Assembly (NCBI GenBank): GCA_964291675.2
Contig: OZ219866.1
Coordinates: 704,001-768,000 of the forward strand
Length of the DNA: 64,000 nucleotides
Source: Alphaproteobacteria bacterium
GTDB lineage: Bacteria > Pseudomonadota > Alphaproteobacteria > MPNO01
Direction of reading: 5' to 3'
This document shows, one piece after another, positions 50,379-60,763 of this stretch. Position 1 is the first letter of the stretch. The number at the start of each line of letters is the position of its first letter. The position numbers were made by a program, and so were the translations under genes. Under the pieces are notes generated by a model. The model was not told the origin of the DNA and did not search any database. It worked only from the letters and a program-made list of their open reading frames with translations.

Positions 50379-50495
50379 AACAAGATCCGATCACCGGATG
50401 CTGTTGGCCCGGCGGGGATGGGCGCGACGGCGAGCCCGCTCATCCGAACCTCTGGCCGCGCTTGTCGCGGCCCCGCGGACCGCCGCGCCGCCCCC

Positions 50496-52991
50496 TCAGA
50501 ACCGCATGTTCAGGGTCAGGAAGAAGGTGCGGCCCCAGCCGGCTTCGGTTGGGCCGTCGACGCTGCTGGGGTTGGAGGTGTCGACCGAGAGACCGGAATC
50601 GGTGAGGTTGAACACGCCGGCCGTGACCCGCGCGCCGTCCAGCCCCAGCGGGTCGGCCCAGTCCAGCACCAAATCGTGGCCGGTCCAGGAGTCGAACTCT
50701 CCGGTGCCCGCCCGGTTCTCGTAGCCGGAGCGGTAATTGGCGGTCCAGATGGCGCTCAGCCCGCCGCGCCGCGCGAGGAACCCGACGCGGACCATGTTCT
50801 TCGCGATGGCGAGCCGGTCCTCTTCGCCGGCGATGCGCAGCTCCGCGTCGATGACGCGCCGCCAGGCGCCGCGCATGCCGACCACGCCCCAGCCGGTCCG
50901 GAAGCCGCCGCCGAACCGCGCGGTGACGCCCGAGAGCTCGCTGTCGACCACGTTCGCATAGCTGTCGCGGATGGTGATGTCCCCGCCGGTGCGTTCGATG
51001 CAGTCCGTCCTTTCGCCGCCCCTGCATTCGGGCAGGTTTTGCATCGCCCAGTCGGCGCTGTTCTGCCCCGCCCCGCCGGCGCTCGAGAGCCGGTACCATT
51101 CCACGCCGAGAAAGAACGGGCCCCGGCGGGCCTCGGCGCCGATGGCGATCCTCCGGGAGGTCGAGGGATCGAGGTCCGGGTTGCCCGTGGTCGTGCGCGT
51201 CACCTGCCGGGGGTTGGACTCCGGGCAGGTGCGGGGCGGGTCTCCGCCGCCCGGATCGCAATCGATATAGGGGTGGCCCTGGACCTCCGAGCTGTAGAGG
51301 CTCGACATGGAGGGCGATCTGTCTCCCTCGCCCCAGGAGGTGCGGAGCGTGATCGGGTCGACCGGCCGGTACTCGGCCGCGAAGCGCCACGAAGTCAGCC
51401 CGCCGATGTCGTCGTATTCGTCCGCGCGACCGCCCGCCCTGAGGTCCAGCTCGTCCAGCAGCGGCACGGACAGTTCGGCGAACGCGCCGACGGCCTTGCG
51501 GTCCCCGGCATAGCTCACCCCGCCCGAACCGAGCACGTCGGAAACCCGATGGGTCGTGCCGTCATTGGCGCGGAAGACCATGAGTTGATGCACGTCCGCA
51601 GTGCCGGCCTCGACCCCCGCGGTCCACGCGGCGTTGCGGCCGCCGATGGCGAAACCGGACCCTTCCAGCCCCAGCCGGGCTCCCAGGTGCTCCGACTTGG
51701 AATCGATCTCCTCCCGCAGGCTGGCGTTCCCGATGGCCCGCAAGTGCTCTGGCGCGTCGGAGAAGGGGTTTGCGAGGTCGTAGTTTCCCGCCTCGATTTC
51801 CTCCTTGATCCTGCCGCCGTGCACGAAGGTATCGCCGTCGAGGACGCCGTCCGACCGGAAGGCGGCGATTCGCGCGTCGTAGCCGAGACCCGCCGCGAGC
51901 CGCCCCTCGACGCGGACGGCGAGGTCGTATTCCTCGCTGTCCGTCCGCCAGTCCCGGTTGCCGAAGCCGACGAAACGATGCGCCGCGGCGAAATCGTCGT
52001 CTCCATCCGCCTGGAAGTCGGCGCCGGCCGCATCGTTGATCGCCTCCAGCAGGTCCGCGTTCCGCACCGCGTCGAGGTCGAGCGAGAACGAGCCGACCGA
52101 TGGCGCGTATCGGAACGCCCAGTCGCCCTGCAGGACTCTCGCATAGAGGTGGAGATCGGCGTCTTCGCCGAGCGGGTGGTCGAGGTTCAGGACCGCGCTC
52201 TTCTGGTCGTAGCGGGCGGTCTCCCACATGATCGCGCCGTAGGCGAAACCGCAGCCCTTGTCGCCGTTGCGGATTCCGGGCGGGTTGCCGAGCGGGCCGG
52301 TATAGCCGTGCGCCGGGTCGCAGTCGCCGAGCGCGACCGACCTGACGCCGGTCACGGCTCCCTCGTCGTCGCGCTGGACGACCCAGACGGTGTTGCCGCC
52401 GACGCTGACGTTCTGCGCCTCGTTGAAGGCGCCGCCTTCCCGCCAGGCGGAGCGGCTGTAGTCCCGGCTCCGCGAAGCGATTTCCTGGCGTTTGAAGTAG
52501 TCCGCGCCGATGGTCATGCGCCCCTTGCCGACCGCGCCGCCCCAGAACGCGCTGCCCTGCCAGCCGTCGCCGCCCTCGCGGCCCGGCATGCGGGCGAGCG
52601 CGCGGGTCTCGAAGCCGTCGAGATCGTTGCGCAGCACGACGTTGAGCGCGCCCCGCACCGCGCTGCCGCCGAGCGTGCCGAGGCTCTCGCCGCTCAGCAG
52701 CTCGATGCGCTCGATGGCCGAGATCGGCAGGCCGTCCAGGTCGCTTGAGGTGGTGGCGTAGGGCGTGCCGTCGATCAGCACGAGCAGCGACTGGCCTCCC
52801 GTGAGGAAGTAGCGGACGATGCCGGTGTCCAGCAGCTCCTGCAGGGTCTGGGAGCCGGACCGCTCGAGAAAGGCGCGCTCGTACTTGGCGATGACGCGCG
52901 GCTTGGGCGCGAGCGGGCCGGCATGGGCCGTCTGCGTCGCCAGTATTGCGGCGACCGCGAGCGAGGCCAGAAAGGCATTAATTTTTTTCAT
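50496..52991 (-). CDS. TonB-dependent receptor with short plug
   Basis: Signal peptide; LVLIDG..P..AIERIE..GALNVV; GNPDLDP; GVFNLTD..GRTF..F. Confidence 0.85.
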   Translation of the reverse strand: MKKINAFLASLAVAAILATQTAHAGPLAPKPRVIAKYERAFLERSGSQTLQELLDTGIVRYFLTGGQSLLVLIDGTPYATTSSDLDGLPISAIERIELLSGESLGTLGGSAVRGALNVVLRNDLDGFETRALARMPGREGGDGWQGSAFWGGAVGKGRMTIGADYFKRQEIASRSRDYSRSAWREGGAFNEAQNVSVGGNTVWVVQRDDEGAVTGVRSVALGDCDPAHGYTGPLGNPPGIRNGDKGCGFAYGAIMWETARYDQKSAVLNLDHPLGEDADLHLYARVLQGDWAFRYAPSVGSFSLDLDAVRNADLLEAINDAAGADFQADGDDDFAAAHRFVGFGNRDWRTDSEEYDLAVRVEGRLAAGLGYDARIAAFRSDGVLDGDTFVHGGRIKEEIEAGNYDLANPFSDAPEHLRAIGNASLREEIDSKSEHLGARLGLEGSGFAIGGRNAAWTAGVEAGTADVHQLMVFRANDGTTHRVSDVLGSGGVSYAGDRKAVGAFAELSVPLLDELDLRAGGRADEYDDIGGLTSWRFAAEYRPVDPITLRTSWGEGDRSPSMSSLYSSEVQGHPYIDCDPGGGDPPRTCPESNPRQVTRTTTGNPDLDPSTSRRIAIGAEARRGPFFLGVEWYRLSSAGGAGQNSADWAMQNLPECRGGERTDCIERTGGDITIRDSYANVVDSELSGVTARFGGGFRTGWGVVGMRGAWRRVIDAELRIAGEEDRLAIAKNMVRVGFLARRGGLSAIWTANYRSGYENRAGTGEFDSWTGHDLVLDWADPLGLDGARVTAGVFNLTDSGLSVDTSNPSSVDGPTEAGWGRTFFLTLNMRF

Positions 52992-53205
52992 CGGACAAAA
53001 ACTCCGCTTGGGCACAGTCATTGATAGCGCCGATCCGTGTCCGCGCAAGCACTGTTTCAGCGGCCAGGTAGCGGCAGAGAGCGGCGCCGCGCGCCGCCGT
53101 CGTGGCACAGCCCGGGCTCGCCGCGCGGAGCGGGCGACTGGCCGGTGGGAAGGAAATGCCCTTTGCGGCCAAGATCGCGCCCGGTACGCATGACGGCTGG
53201 CGGGC

Positions 53206-54321
53206 TCAGAGATCGAGCCGGTCGAGGATCCAGTTGTCGATCGCGTGCACCAGCGGCTCGCGGTGGGAGAACCTTCCGGCCCGGGCGAGCGGCGAGGCGA
53301 GCCCGGCGAACTGGCGCTCGGCGATCTCGTTGTCCTCGGCGATCGCAGTCTCGAAACGCCGGTAGTAGCGCCGGACGACGCTGTCGAAATCGGGCCTCGC
53401 CGCGGTCTCGCGCGGGAAGCAGATGGCGACCACGTTGCGCACCCGGTCGGGCCCGTCGGGCAGCATCTGCTTGAACCACATCGAATCGACGTCGCAGCCG
53501 ATCATCGTCGCCGGGTAGACCAGGAGATATTGCGAGCCCCGCGCCGCCGGGCCGGCGAGCGTCGGGATCGGCGGGAAGCCCTGGGCGCCCTTGAGCAGCG
53601 CCCGGGTCCGCCCGCCCGAATCGGACTGCACGAGGACGTACTCGCCGGGCGCACCGCGGACCACGGTCTTCCCGATCGAGGGGTCGTTGACCGAGCTGCG
53701 GTGGACGGTCGCGTGATGGAAGGACTCCATCGAGTTCTCGACATAGCTCTTCCAGTTGGTGCGGACGGAATACTCGGCGCGCCGCACGGTCACCATGTCC
53801 CCGAGCCCGTAGGATTCGAGGTGGCGGCCGAGATCACCCAGATGGTCGGCGAGCGGCGCGCAGCCGGGATCGAAATTGACGAAGGCGAAGCCCTGCCAGC
53901 AGCCGAGCGGGAGCTCGACCAGCCCGTACTCCGCGGGGTCGAAGTTGCGCGCCCGCTCCATCCCGTTGGCGAAGTCGAGCCGGCCGTCGATGCCGTAGGT
54001 CCAGCCGTGATAGGGGCAGACGATGCGTTCGCAGCGCCCTTCGCCGTCGAGCAGCCTGGCGCCGCGATGCCGGCAGCTGTTGGCAAAGGCGCGGAGCCGC
54101 GCTTCGCCGTCGCGGATGACGAGATATTCGACGCCCGCCAGGTTCAGCGCCGCGTAGTCGCCGGGCTCCGGCCAGTAATCGGCGCGCCCGATCAGGTTCC
54201 AGCAGCGCAGGAAGATGCGCTCGACCTCGCGCCGGTAAAACGCTTCCGCGGTGTAGCACTCGGGCGGCAGGGTCTCGGCCTCGGCAAGCGGCCGCCGCAC
54301 CGCCCGGAAGTCCATCTCCAT
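53206..54321 (-). CDS. Rieske non-heme oxygenase alpha subunit
   Basis: CRHRG..CPYHGW; NWK..EN..E.FH...VH; substrate unknown. Confidence 0.9.
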   Translation of the reverse strand: MEMDFRAVRRPLAEAETLPPECYTAEAFYRREVERIFLRCWNLIGRADYWPEPGDYAALNLAGVEYLVIRDGEARLRAFANSCRHRGARLLDGEGRCERIVCPYHGWTYGIDGRLDFANGMERARNFDPAEYGLVELPLGCWQGFAFVNFDPGCAPLADHLGDLGRHLESYGLGDMVTVRRAEYSVRTNWKSYVENSMESFHHATVHRSSVNDPSIGKTVVRGAPGEYVLVQSDSGGRTRALLKGAQGFPPIPTLAGPAARGSQYLLVYPATMIGCDVDSMWFKQMLPDGPDRVRNVVAICFPRETAARPDFDSVVRRYYRRFETAIAEDNEIAERQFAGLASPLARAGRFSHREPLVHAIDNWILDRLDL

Positions 54322-54483
54322 CGCCGTCCCTCCGCCCCAAGGCTAGCCCGCATTTCGCGCCCGTGTCACGGCCTGCGTCGCGCCCGCCGCCGTTCGGTTC
54401 GGCCTTCGACGCGGACCGCACCCGGCTTTCCCCGTCCCAGGCGTCGAACCCGCGACCCGGGCGGCCGCATGCCTGTTGTACCG

Positions 54484-54512
54484 TTGCATTCCACCGCACC
54501 TCGTACTACGTT
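54484..54512 (+). promoter_or_regulatory. higBA promoter
   Basis: TTGCAT-N17-TACGTT, 6 nt before the GTG. Confidence 0.5.
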
Positions 54513-54518
54513 CTTGCC

Positions 54519-54806
54519 GTGATCCGCTCTTGGCGCAACGCGGCCAGTAGAAGGGTCTGGGAAGGCCGCACGCCGAACCGCTTTCGGGGTCTGGATGCGG
54601 GCATGGCCGTCGACTTGCTGCTCGCGCTGAACGCCGCCGGCACGCTGCGCGACCTGAGCCCGCTCAGGAGCGTCGGGCTGCACAAGCTCAAGGGGAGCCG
54701 CGCGAATCAATGGGCGATGACCGTCGACGGTCCGTGGAGGATCTGCTTCGAATTCCGCGCCGGCGACGCCTACGAGGTCGAAATCGTCGACTACCACAAG
54801 GGATGA
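54519..54806 (+). CDS. higB: HigB toxin
   Basis: LHKLKG..QW...GPWRICFEF..VEIVDYH. Confidence 0.88.
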   Translation: MIRSWRNAASRRVWEGRTPNRFRGLDAGMAVDLLLALNAAGTLRDLSPLRSVGLHKLKGSRANQWAMTVDGPWRICFEFRAGDAYEVEIVDYHKG

Positions 54807-55099
54807 ACGCGATGCCGCCGATTTCCCACCCCGGCAAGCTGCTGAAGCGCGAGATCGAGGCCCGGGGGTTGAGCGCCAACCGGCTGGCGCTCGATCTCGG
54901 CGTCCCGTCGGGCCGGATCACCGACATACTCAACGGTCGCCGCTCGATTACGGCGGATACCGCGATCCGCCTCGGCCTCTATTTCGGCAACAGCCCCGCG
55001 TTCTGGACCGGCCTCCAGAGCCAGTACGACATCGCCCGCGTGCAGCGCGACCGCGGCAGCGAGATCGCCCGGCGCGTGCGCCCGGCGGACGCGGCGTGA
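54803..55099 (+). CDS. higA: HigA antitoxin
   Basis: HPG, RRSITADTA.RL..YFG, FW..LQ..YD. Confidence 0.9.
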   Translation: MNAMPPISHPGKLLKREIEARGLSANRLALDLGVPSGRITDILNGRRSITADTAIRLGLYFGNSPAFWTGLQSQYDIARVQRDRGSEIARRVRPADAA

Positions 55100-55196
55100 T
55101 CGTCCCGCGCGCCATTGCGAACCGCGCCGCCACCGGTCGGGATCGTCCGGGCCGGCCACCCGCGGCGGCCCCGCTCACCGCGCTCAGCGGGGCGTT

Positions 55197-56405
55197 CTAC
55201 TCGTAGTCGGCGTGGGCGCGGGTCTTGCCGGCGCCGTCGTCGGCGATCATCGCCGGCGTCGCCACCCGGTCGGCCGGCGGGCCTTCGAGGCCGAAGAAGC
55301 GGCGCATGCGCTCGTAGACGATCTCGTGGCGCAGCGCCGGATCCAGGCCCCTGAACATCTCGTAGAAGATCGGCGAGGGGTCGGGCCAGGTGCCCTGCGG
55401 GTGCGGGTAGTCGGCGCCGAACACCAGGATGTCGCGCAGCACGTTGTCCGGATGCGTGATCGCCTGGGCGGCGATCGCGTCCTCCTCGAAGGTGACCAGG
55501 ACCTGGCGCCGGACATAGGCGCTCGGCAGCTCCTGGAGCCCGGTGTCGCGGAACAGGCCGGGGCGCTCCTCGGCCTGGCGGTCCATCCAGTAGACCAGGA
55601 AGGGCACCCACCCCGCCCGGCATTCGGCGAACAGCAGCTTGAGCCCGGGATGGCGCATCAGCGCGCCGCAATAGACCACGTCGGCGAGCGGGCGCGACAG
55701 CGAGAACGGCGCGCAGGAGAAATAGGCCATGCGCTCGCCGCGGCCCGCCGGCGGGATGGTCGTCTTGACGTGGCCGCCGATATGGCAGGCGCACACCATA
55801 CCGGACTCCTCGAAGGCGGCCCAGGCGGGCTCCCAGCAATCGTGGAACATGCCGTGCGGGCCGTCGAAGGGGACGAACTCGGCGGCCTTGCAGCCGAGCT
55901 TCGCGAGGCGCCGTATCTCGCCCGGCACCGAGGCCGGATCGAACACCGGCAGTATGGGGAGGATCATCAGCCGGTCCGGGTCGCGGGCGTTGAGCTCCAT
56001 CACCCAGTCGTTGTAGACGCGGTGCACCTCGTGACGCAGGGCCGCATCGTCGATGTCCCATTTGCGGGTGGAGCCGAACCCGACATAGCCGTAGACGCTG
56101 CCGTGGTCCATGTGCTCCAGCAGGAGCTCGGGGTCGGACGGGGGCAGGCTGCCGTCGGGGATGCGCGCGCCCGACCGGCCGAAGAACTGGTCGAGCAGGG
56201 CGCGGTTGTCCGGGCCGTCGGCGGTGCCGCCGTCGCGCCCGCCGGCGATCCTGCCCTCCCAGCTCCAGAGCAGCGCGCCGTCGCGCTCGACCACCCTGGG
56301 CGCGTGCTCGCGGAACTTCGCGGCCACCCGGTCCTGCCACAGCCGGGCCGGGATCCAGCGCTGGTCGAGGTGGTTGTCGGCCGAGTTGTACTTGTAGATC
56401 GTCAC
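55197..56405 (-). CDS. Amidohydrolase_2 family protein
   Basis: SADNH, YNDW, HIG, AE...GW.P, GADYPH..GTWP. Confidence 0.85.
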   Translation of the reverse strand: MTIYKYNSADNHLDQRWIPARLWQDRVAAKFREHAPRVVERDGALLWSWEGRIAGGRDGGTADGPDNRALLDQFFGRSGARIPDGSLPPSDPELLLEHMDHGSVYGYVGFGSTRKWDIDDAALRHEVHRVYNDWVMELNARDPDRLMILPILPVFDPASVPGEIRRLAKLGCKAAEFVPFDGPHGMFHDCWEPAWAAFEESGMVCACHIGGHVKTTIPPAGRGERMAYFSCAPFSLSRPLADVVYCGALMRHPGLKLLFAECRAGWVPFLVYWMDRQAEERPGLFRDTGLQELPSAYVRRQVLVTFEEDAIAAQAITHPDNVLRDILVFGADYPHPQGTWPDPSPIFYEMFRGLDPALRHEIVYERMRRFFGLEGPPADRVATPAMIADDGAGKTRAHADYE

Positions 56406-58372
56406 GGGACCGCCCTCCTCCGGCGCGCGAGATAGTCCTTGCCGACGATCAGCCCGCCGAGCGCGAGCCCGGCGACGTTGAGCCACAGCCCGTAGGCGAT
56501 CGCATGCGCCGGCAACAGCAGCAGGATTCCGGCGGCGAAGACGAGCAGCCGCTCCGCCGCGCCGAGGCGCGAGAACATGAAGCCGATCAGCCCGCAGGAG
56601 GCGATCCAGACGCCGATCATCGCGGTCGCCGCGGCGGACACGATCTCAAGCGCCGTGCCCTGGCCGATCAGCGCCGGCGACAGCACGAACACGAAGGGGA
56701 TGACATAGGCGATCCAGCCGAGGCGCACCGCCGTCGCCCCGGTCTCCATCGGCCGGGCGCCCGATAGCGACGCCGCCGCGAAGGCGGCGATCGCCACCGG
56801 CGGGGTGATCATCGACATCAGCCCGAAATAGAGCACGAACATGTGGGCGGCGATCGGGTGGATGCCGAGCTTGATCAGCGACGGCGCGATCATCGTCGCC
56901 AGCAGCAGGTAGATCGCCGAGGTCGGCATCCCCATGCCGAGCAGGATCGAGACGATCGCGGTCAGCACCAGCAGCAGGAACAGGCTGTCCTCGCCGACCG
57001 CGGCGAGGATCAGGGTCAGCGCCTGGCCCAGCCCGGTGCGGTCGAGGATGGCGATTATGATGCCGGCCATGGCGCCGATGACCACGATGTCGGCCGAGGC
57101 GCGGCCGCAATCGGCGATCGAGTCCCAGAGCTGCCGCGGCCTGATCCGGCGCCGCTTGTAGCCGAAGACGATGCTGACCGCCGCCACCGAGATCGCCGCC
57201 CAGAACGCCGCCTCCTGGGCCGGCAGGTTGAGGGTGAACAGCGCGTAGACCAGCACCGCGTAGGGCAGGGTGAAGAACCAGCCCTCCCCGAGCACCCGGA
57301 GGATCGGCGGGATGCGCTCCTTGGGCATCGGCGCGATGTCGTTCTTCGCCGCCTCGAGGTCGACCTGCACGAACACCGCGAGGTAGTAGAGGATCGAGGG
57401 GATCAGCGCGGCGAGGATGATCTCGGTGTATTCGAGCTCCAGCAGCTCGGCCATCAGGAAAGCGGCCGCGCCCATGATCGGCGGCATGATCTGCCCGCCG
57501 GTCGAGGCCACCGCCTCGATGGCGCCGGCGCTCTTGCGGTCGTAGCCCGCCTGGCGCATCAGCGGGATGGTGATCACCCCGGTCGAGGCGACGTTGGAGA
57601 CCGCCGAGCCCGAGATCGAGCCGAACAGCCCCGAGGCGACGACGGCGATCTTGGCCGAGCCGCCGCGCGAGCGCCCCATGACGGCGGCGGCGAGGTCGGT
57701 GAACCACTCCGAGGCGCCGGTGTGCAGCAGCAGCTGGCCCATCCAGATGAACAGCACCACGGTGAGCACGATGATCTTGAGCGGCAGGCCCAGAAGGGCG
57801 ACGTTGGTGACGCCGAGCTCGGCGATCATCCGGTAGCCGTCCTGCTCGTAGCCCTTGAGCATGCCGGGGGCGAGATGGCCGACGAAGGCGTAGGCGATGA
57901 AGACCGAGAGCACCGCGGTCAGGCTCCACCCCGCGGTGCGCCTGAGCGCCTCCCACATCAGCGGCAGCAGCACGGCGCTGATCCAGAACATCGTGCCGCG
58001 CATGGCGAACGGGTTGAGCTCGATGTCGCCATAGATCCATATGAGGTAGGCCGACGCAGCGACGCCGATGACCGCGCACGCCGCGTCGTACCACGGCACC
58101 GACGGCCGGTCGCGCCCGCCGGCGAACGGGAAGCGGATGAACACGATGGCGAGCGTCAGCCCGAAACAGGCGACCAGCGCCTGCTCGTCGAACCACTGGA
58201 AGCCGAGGGCGAGCCACAGCTCGATCGCCCAGCTCAGCGCGATCAGGGTGATGGCCGCGCCGAGAACCCGGGTCGAAGCCGTGACGAAGCGCCCCTCGCG
58301 GCGCTCGGCGAGGAGCTGCGCCCCGCGGTCCCTGCGGCGGCCGCCATCCGCCCCGGTCGACTGTTCGGCCAT
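56402..58372 (-). CDS. TRAP 4TM/12TM fused permease
   Basis: GSISGSAVSNV, STGGQIMPPIMGAAAF, ITPPVAIAAF. Confidence 0.92.
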   Translation of the reverse strand: MAEQSTGADGGRRRDRGAQLLAERREGRFVTASTRVLGAAITLIALSWAIELWLALGFQWFDEQALVACFGLTLAIVFIRFPFAGGRDRPSVPWYDAACAVIGVAASAYLIWIYGDIELNPFAMRGTMFWISAVLLPLMWEALRRTAGWSLTAVLSVFIAYAFVGHLAPGMLKGYEQDGYRMIAELGVTNVALLGLPLKIIVLTVVLFIWMGQLLLHTGASEWFTDLAAAVMGRSRGGSAKIAVVASGLFGSISGSAVSNVASTGVITIPLMRQAGYDRKSAGAIEAVASTGGQIMPPIMGAAAFLMAELLELEYTEIILAALIPSILYYLAVFVQVDLEAAKNDIAPMPKERIPPILRVLGEGWFFTLPYAVLVYALFTLNLPAQEAAFWAAISVAAVSIVFGYKRRRIRPRQLWDSIADCGRASADIVVIGAMAGIIIAILDRTGLGQALTLILAAVGEDSLFLLLVLTAIVSILLGMGMPTSAIYLLLATMIAPSLIKLGIHPIAAHMFVLYFGLMSMITPPVAIAAFAAASLSGARPMETGATAVRLGWIAYVIPFVFVLSPALIGQGTALEIVSAAATAMIGVWIASCGLIGFMFSRLGAAERLLVFAAGILLLLPAHAIAYGLWLNVAGLALGGLIVGKDYLARRRRAVP

Positions 58373-58451
58373 TTGAACCCTGCCGCCGGACGGAAGCCCG
58401 CGCCCCGGGCCGGACGCGGGCTTCTCCGTTGCCGCTACGCCGCCTGCCGGG

Positions 58452-59417
58452 CTAGCCGGCGGGCCACAGCCCGGCTTCCTTGTAGTACTTCACCGCAGCC
58501 GGGTGGTAGGGGTAGCCGTGCTGCTTGGCGAGGCGCTTGTCGGCGCTGAAGGAACGCCACAGCGGCCCGCCTTCCTTGAGCTGCTTCTCCTGGGTGTGCA
58601 TCACCTTGGCGACCTTGTAGACGACGTCGTCCGACATGCCCTTGTGGGTCCACAGCAGGAAGTCGTAGGTCACGAACACCGTGGGCTCGACCACCCCGGT
58701 CAGCCCCTTGGCCGGCTCGACGACGCTCCATTCGCTCTTCGGGAACCACTTGTGCATCGCCTTGAGCGCTTCGGGCGTGTTCGGGTAGGAGATATGCCTG
58801 ACCCCGCCGTCGATCTTGGCATCCATCTGCTTGACCCAGCCGGTGCCGGCCGCGGCGATCGCCCAGTCGATCTTGCCCGCGATGAAGGCGCGCCAGTGCT
58901 GCACCAGCCCGACCTGGGGCACCGGCTTGATGTCGTCGAGGGTGAGCCCGACGGTCCCCAGCGATCCGTTGAACATGTACGCGAAGAGCGGCGCGCCCTT
59001 GAAGCCGACCGGCATGCGCTTGCCCTTGAGCTGGGCGATCGAGGTGACGCCCGATTTCTTCGTGACCACCGCGCTCACGGTGAACTTCATGATCGTCGAG
59101 ACCAGGCGGAGGTTGTCGTACTTGTTGCCCTGCGACAGCCCGGTGCCCTCGAAGGCCATGGAGAACTGCGGGATGTTGGAGATCCCGAATTCCAGCTCGC
59201 CCGCATTGACCACGGGGATGTATTGCTGGGTGCCGCCCATGGTCTGCTTGCGCATCTGGACGCCCGGCGCGTGCTCGGAAACCGCCTTCGAGATGGTCGC
59301 GGTGATCTGCGAGACCGCGCCCGCCTTGGTGGCGCCGATGCCGACCGTCTGCGCCGATGCGGCGCCCGCCAGCGCCCCGGCGGCGAGCGTGGCCAAAGCT
59401 GCTTGAATCCAACGCAT
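58452..59417 (-). CDS. TAXI-family TRAP substrate-binding protein
   Basis: Signal peptide; C-terminal PYHPAAVKYYKEAG. Confidence 0.88.
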   Translation of the reverse strand: MRWIQAALATLAAGALAGAASAQTVGIGATKAGAVSQITATISKAVSEHAPGVQMRKQTMGGTQQYIPVVNAGELEFGISNIPQFSMAFEGTGLSQGNKYDNLRLVSTIMKFTVSAVVTKKSGVTSIAQLKGKRMPVGFKGAPLFAYMFNGSLGTVGLTLDDIKPVPQVGLVQHWRAFIAGKIDWAIAAAGTGWVKQMDAKIDGGVRHISYPNTPEALKAMHKWFPKSEWSVVEPAKGLTGVVEPTVFVTYDFLLWTHKGMSDDVVYKVAKVMHTQEKQLKEGGPLWRSFSADKRLAKQHGYPYHPAAVKYYKEAGLWPAG

Positions 59418-59528
59418 GATGTCGCTCCCGTCAGTGTTCTCCGGATGGTCCGCGCGATCATAGCCATGCGCCCCTTTGGAACAACCCGCGCGTCTGGTGT
59501 AGGCTGGCGCGGCAACCGGGAGGCGGAC

Positions 59529-60359
59529 ATGGACGGCCATCGCGGCGCGCCTTGGCGGACCATCGAGGTCAGCCCCTACAGCCCCCATGTCGGCGCCGAG
59601 ATCGGCGGCATCGACCTCACCCGGCCGCTCGACGCCGAGCAGCTCGCCGAGCTCCGCCGCGCCTTCACCGAGCACCTGGTGCTGTTTTTCCGCGACCAGG
59701 AGATCGGCTTCGACGACCATGCGAGGCTGGCCGAATATTTCGGCACCATCGGGCATCATGTCGGCGTCAGGACCCACAGCCAGCCCTCCGAGGACGACCG
59801 GGTACGCCGCTTCCATTTCGATGCGCGATCGACCCGGGTCTCGGGCGACGTGTGGCATACCGACCAGTCCTGCGCGCCGGTGCCGCCGCTCGCCAGCATC
59901 CTCTACAACCACACGCTGCCGCCCGACGGCGGCGGCGACACGCTGTTCGCCAGCATGTACGCCGCCTACGACGCGCTGTCGGACCGCATGAAGACCTGTC
60001 TCGACGGGCTGACGGCGCTGCATGACGGGGTTCCGGTGTTCGGCGAGGGCACGCCGCGCGCGACCCATCCGGTGGTCGCGCGCCACCCCGACAGCGGCCG
60101 CAAGCTGCTCTATGTCAACCAGGCCTTCACCGTCCGGATCAACGAGATTCCGCCGGCCGAGAGCAAACACCTGCTCGCCTTCCTGGTCGAGCACTGCACC
60201 CAGCCCGAATGGACCTGCCGGTTCCGCTGGCGGCCGCACTCGATCGCCATGTGGGACAACCGCTGCGCCCAGCACCGCGCGATCTCCGACTACCTGCCGA
60301 ACGTGCGCTCCGGCTACCGGGTGCAGATCGACGGCATCGCGGCGCCGGTGGCGGGGTAG
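59529..60359 (+). CDS. TauD/TfdA 2-oxoglutarate/Fe dioxygenase
   Basis: GAEI.GIDL, WHTD, GGDT.F, WDNR..QH.A. Confidence 0.92.
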   Translation: MDGHRGAPWRTIEVSPYSPHVGAEIGGIDLTRPLDAEQLAELRRAFTEHLVLFFRDQEIGFDDHARLAEYFGTIGHHVGVRTHSQPSEDDRVRRFHFDARSTRVSGDVWHTDQSCAPVPPLASILYNHTLPPDGGGDTLFASMYAAYDALSDRMKTCLDGLTALHDGVPVFGEGTPRATHPVVARHPDSGRKLLYVNQAFTVRINEIPPAESKHLLAFLVEHCTQPEWTCRFRWRPHSIAMWDNRCAQHRAISDYLPNVRSGYRVQIDGIAAPVAG

Positions 60360-60417
60360 GGGGGTCAGAGGGGTTTCTGAACGGTCTCCGGGATCGGCTC
60401 TATACGTTGGGGACAAG

Positions 60418-60735
60418 ATGATCCACGCACCCACCGACCGGATTGCGACCCATCCGGGTGCTCTGCTCCTGGAGCAGATCAGGGAGATGGGGCTCAGCGT
60501 CCACCGGGTTGCGCGCGACAGCGGCCTTCCCGCAACCCGGCTGCACGAGATCGTGCACGAACGGCGCGGCGTGAGCGCCGAGACGGCCATCGCGCTCGGT
60601 GCCTATTTCGGGCAGACCCCGGAATTCTGGATCGATGCGCAAAAGGTCCATGAGTTGTCGAAAGCCATTGTCGAGAAAGGAGAATCCATTCGCGCCCGGG
60701 TCCGGCCCTGTGAGGGAGACCGGGCAACGACATAG
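60418..60735 (+). CDS. Orphan HigA-like protein
   Basis: HPG..L, RRGVSAETA..L..YFG..PEFW; no toxin gene in the 58 bp upstream. Confidence 0.82.
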   Translation: MIHAPTDRIATHPGALLLEQIREMGLSVHRVARDSGLPATRLHEIVHERRGVSAETAIALGAYFGQTPEFWIDAQKVHELSKAIVEKGESIRARVRPCEGDRATT

Positions 60736-60763
60736 CGCGAATGGCGCCAGACCCTCGTCGCTG

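Noticed and set aside
53134-53153. Cobalamin riboswitch-like GCGACTG...GGGAAGG upstream of the TonB receptor
   Set aside because: Wrong strand relative to the gene, and other core elements are missing.
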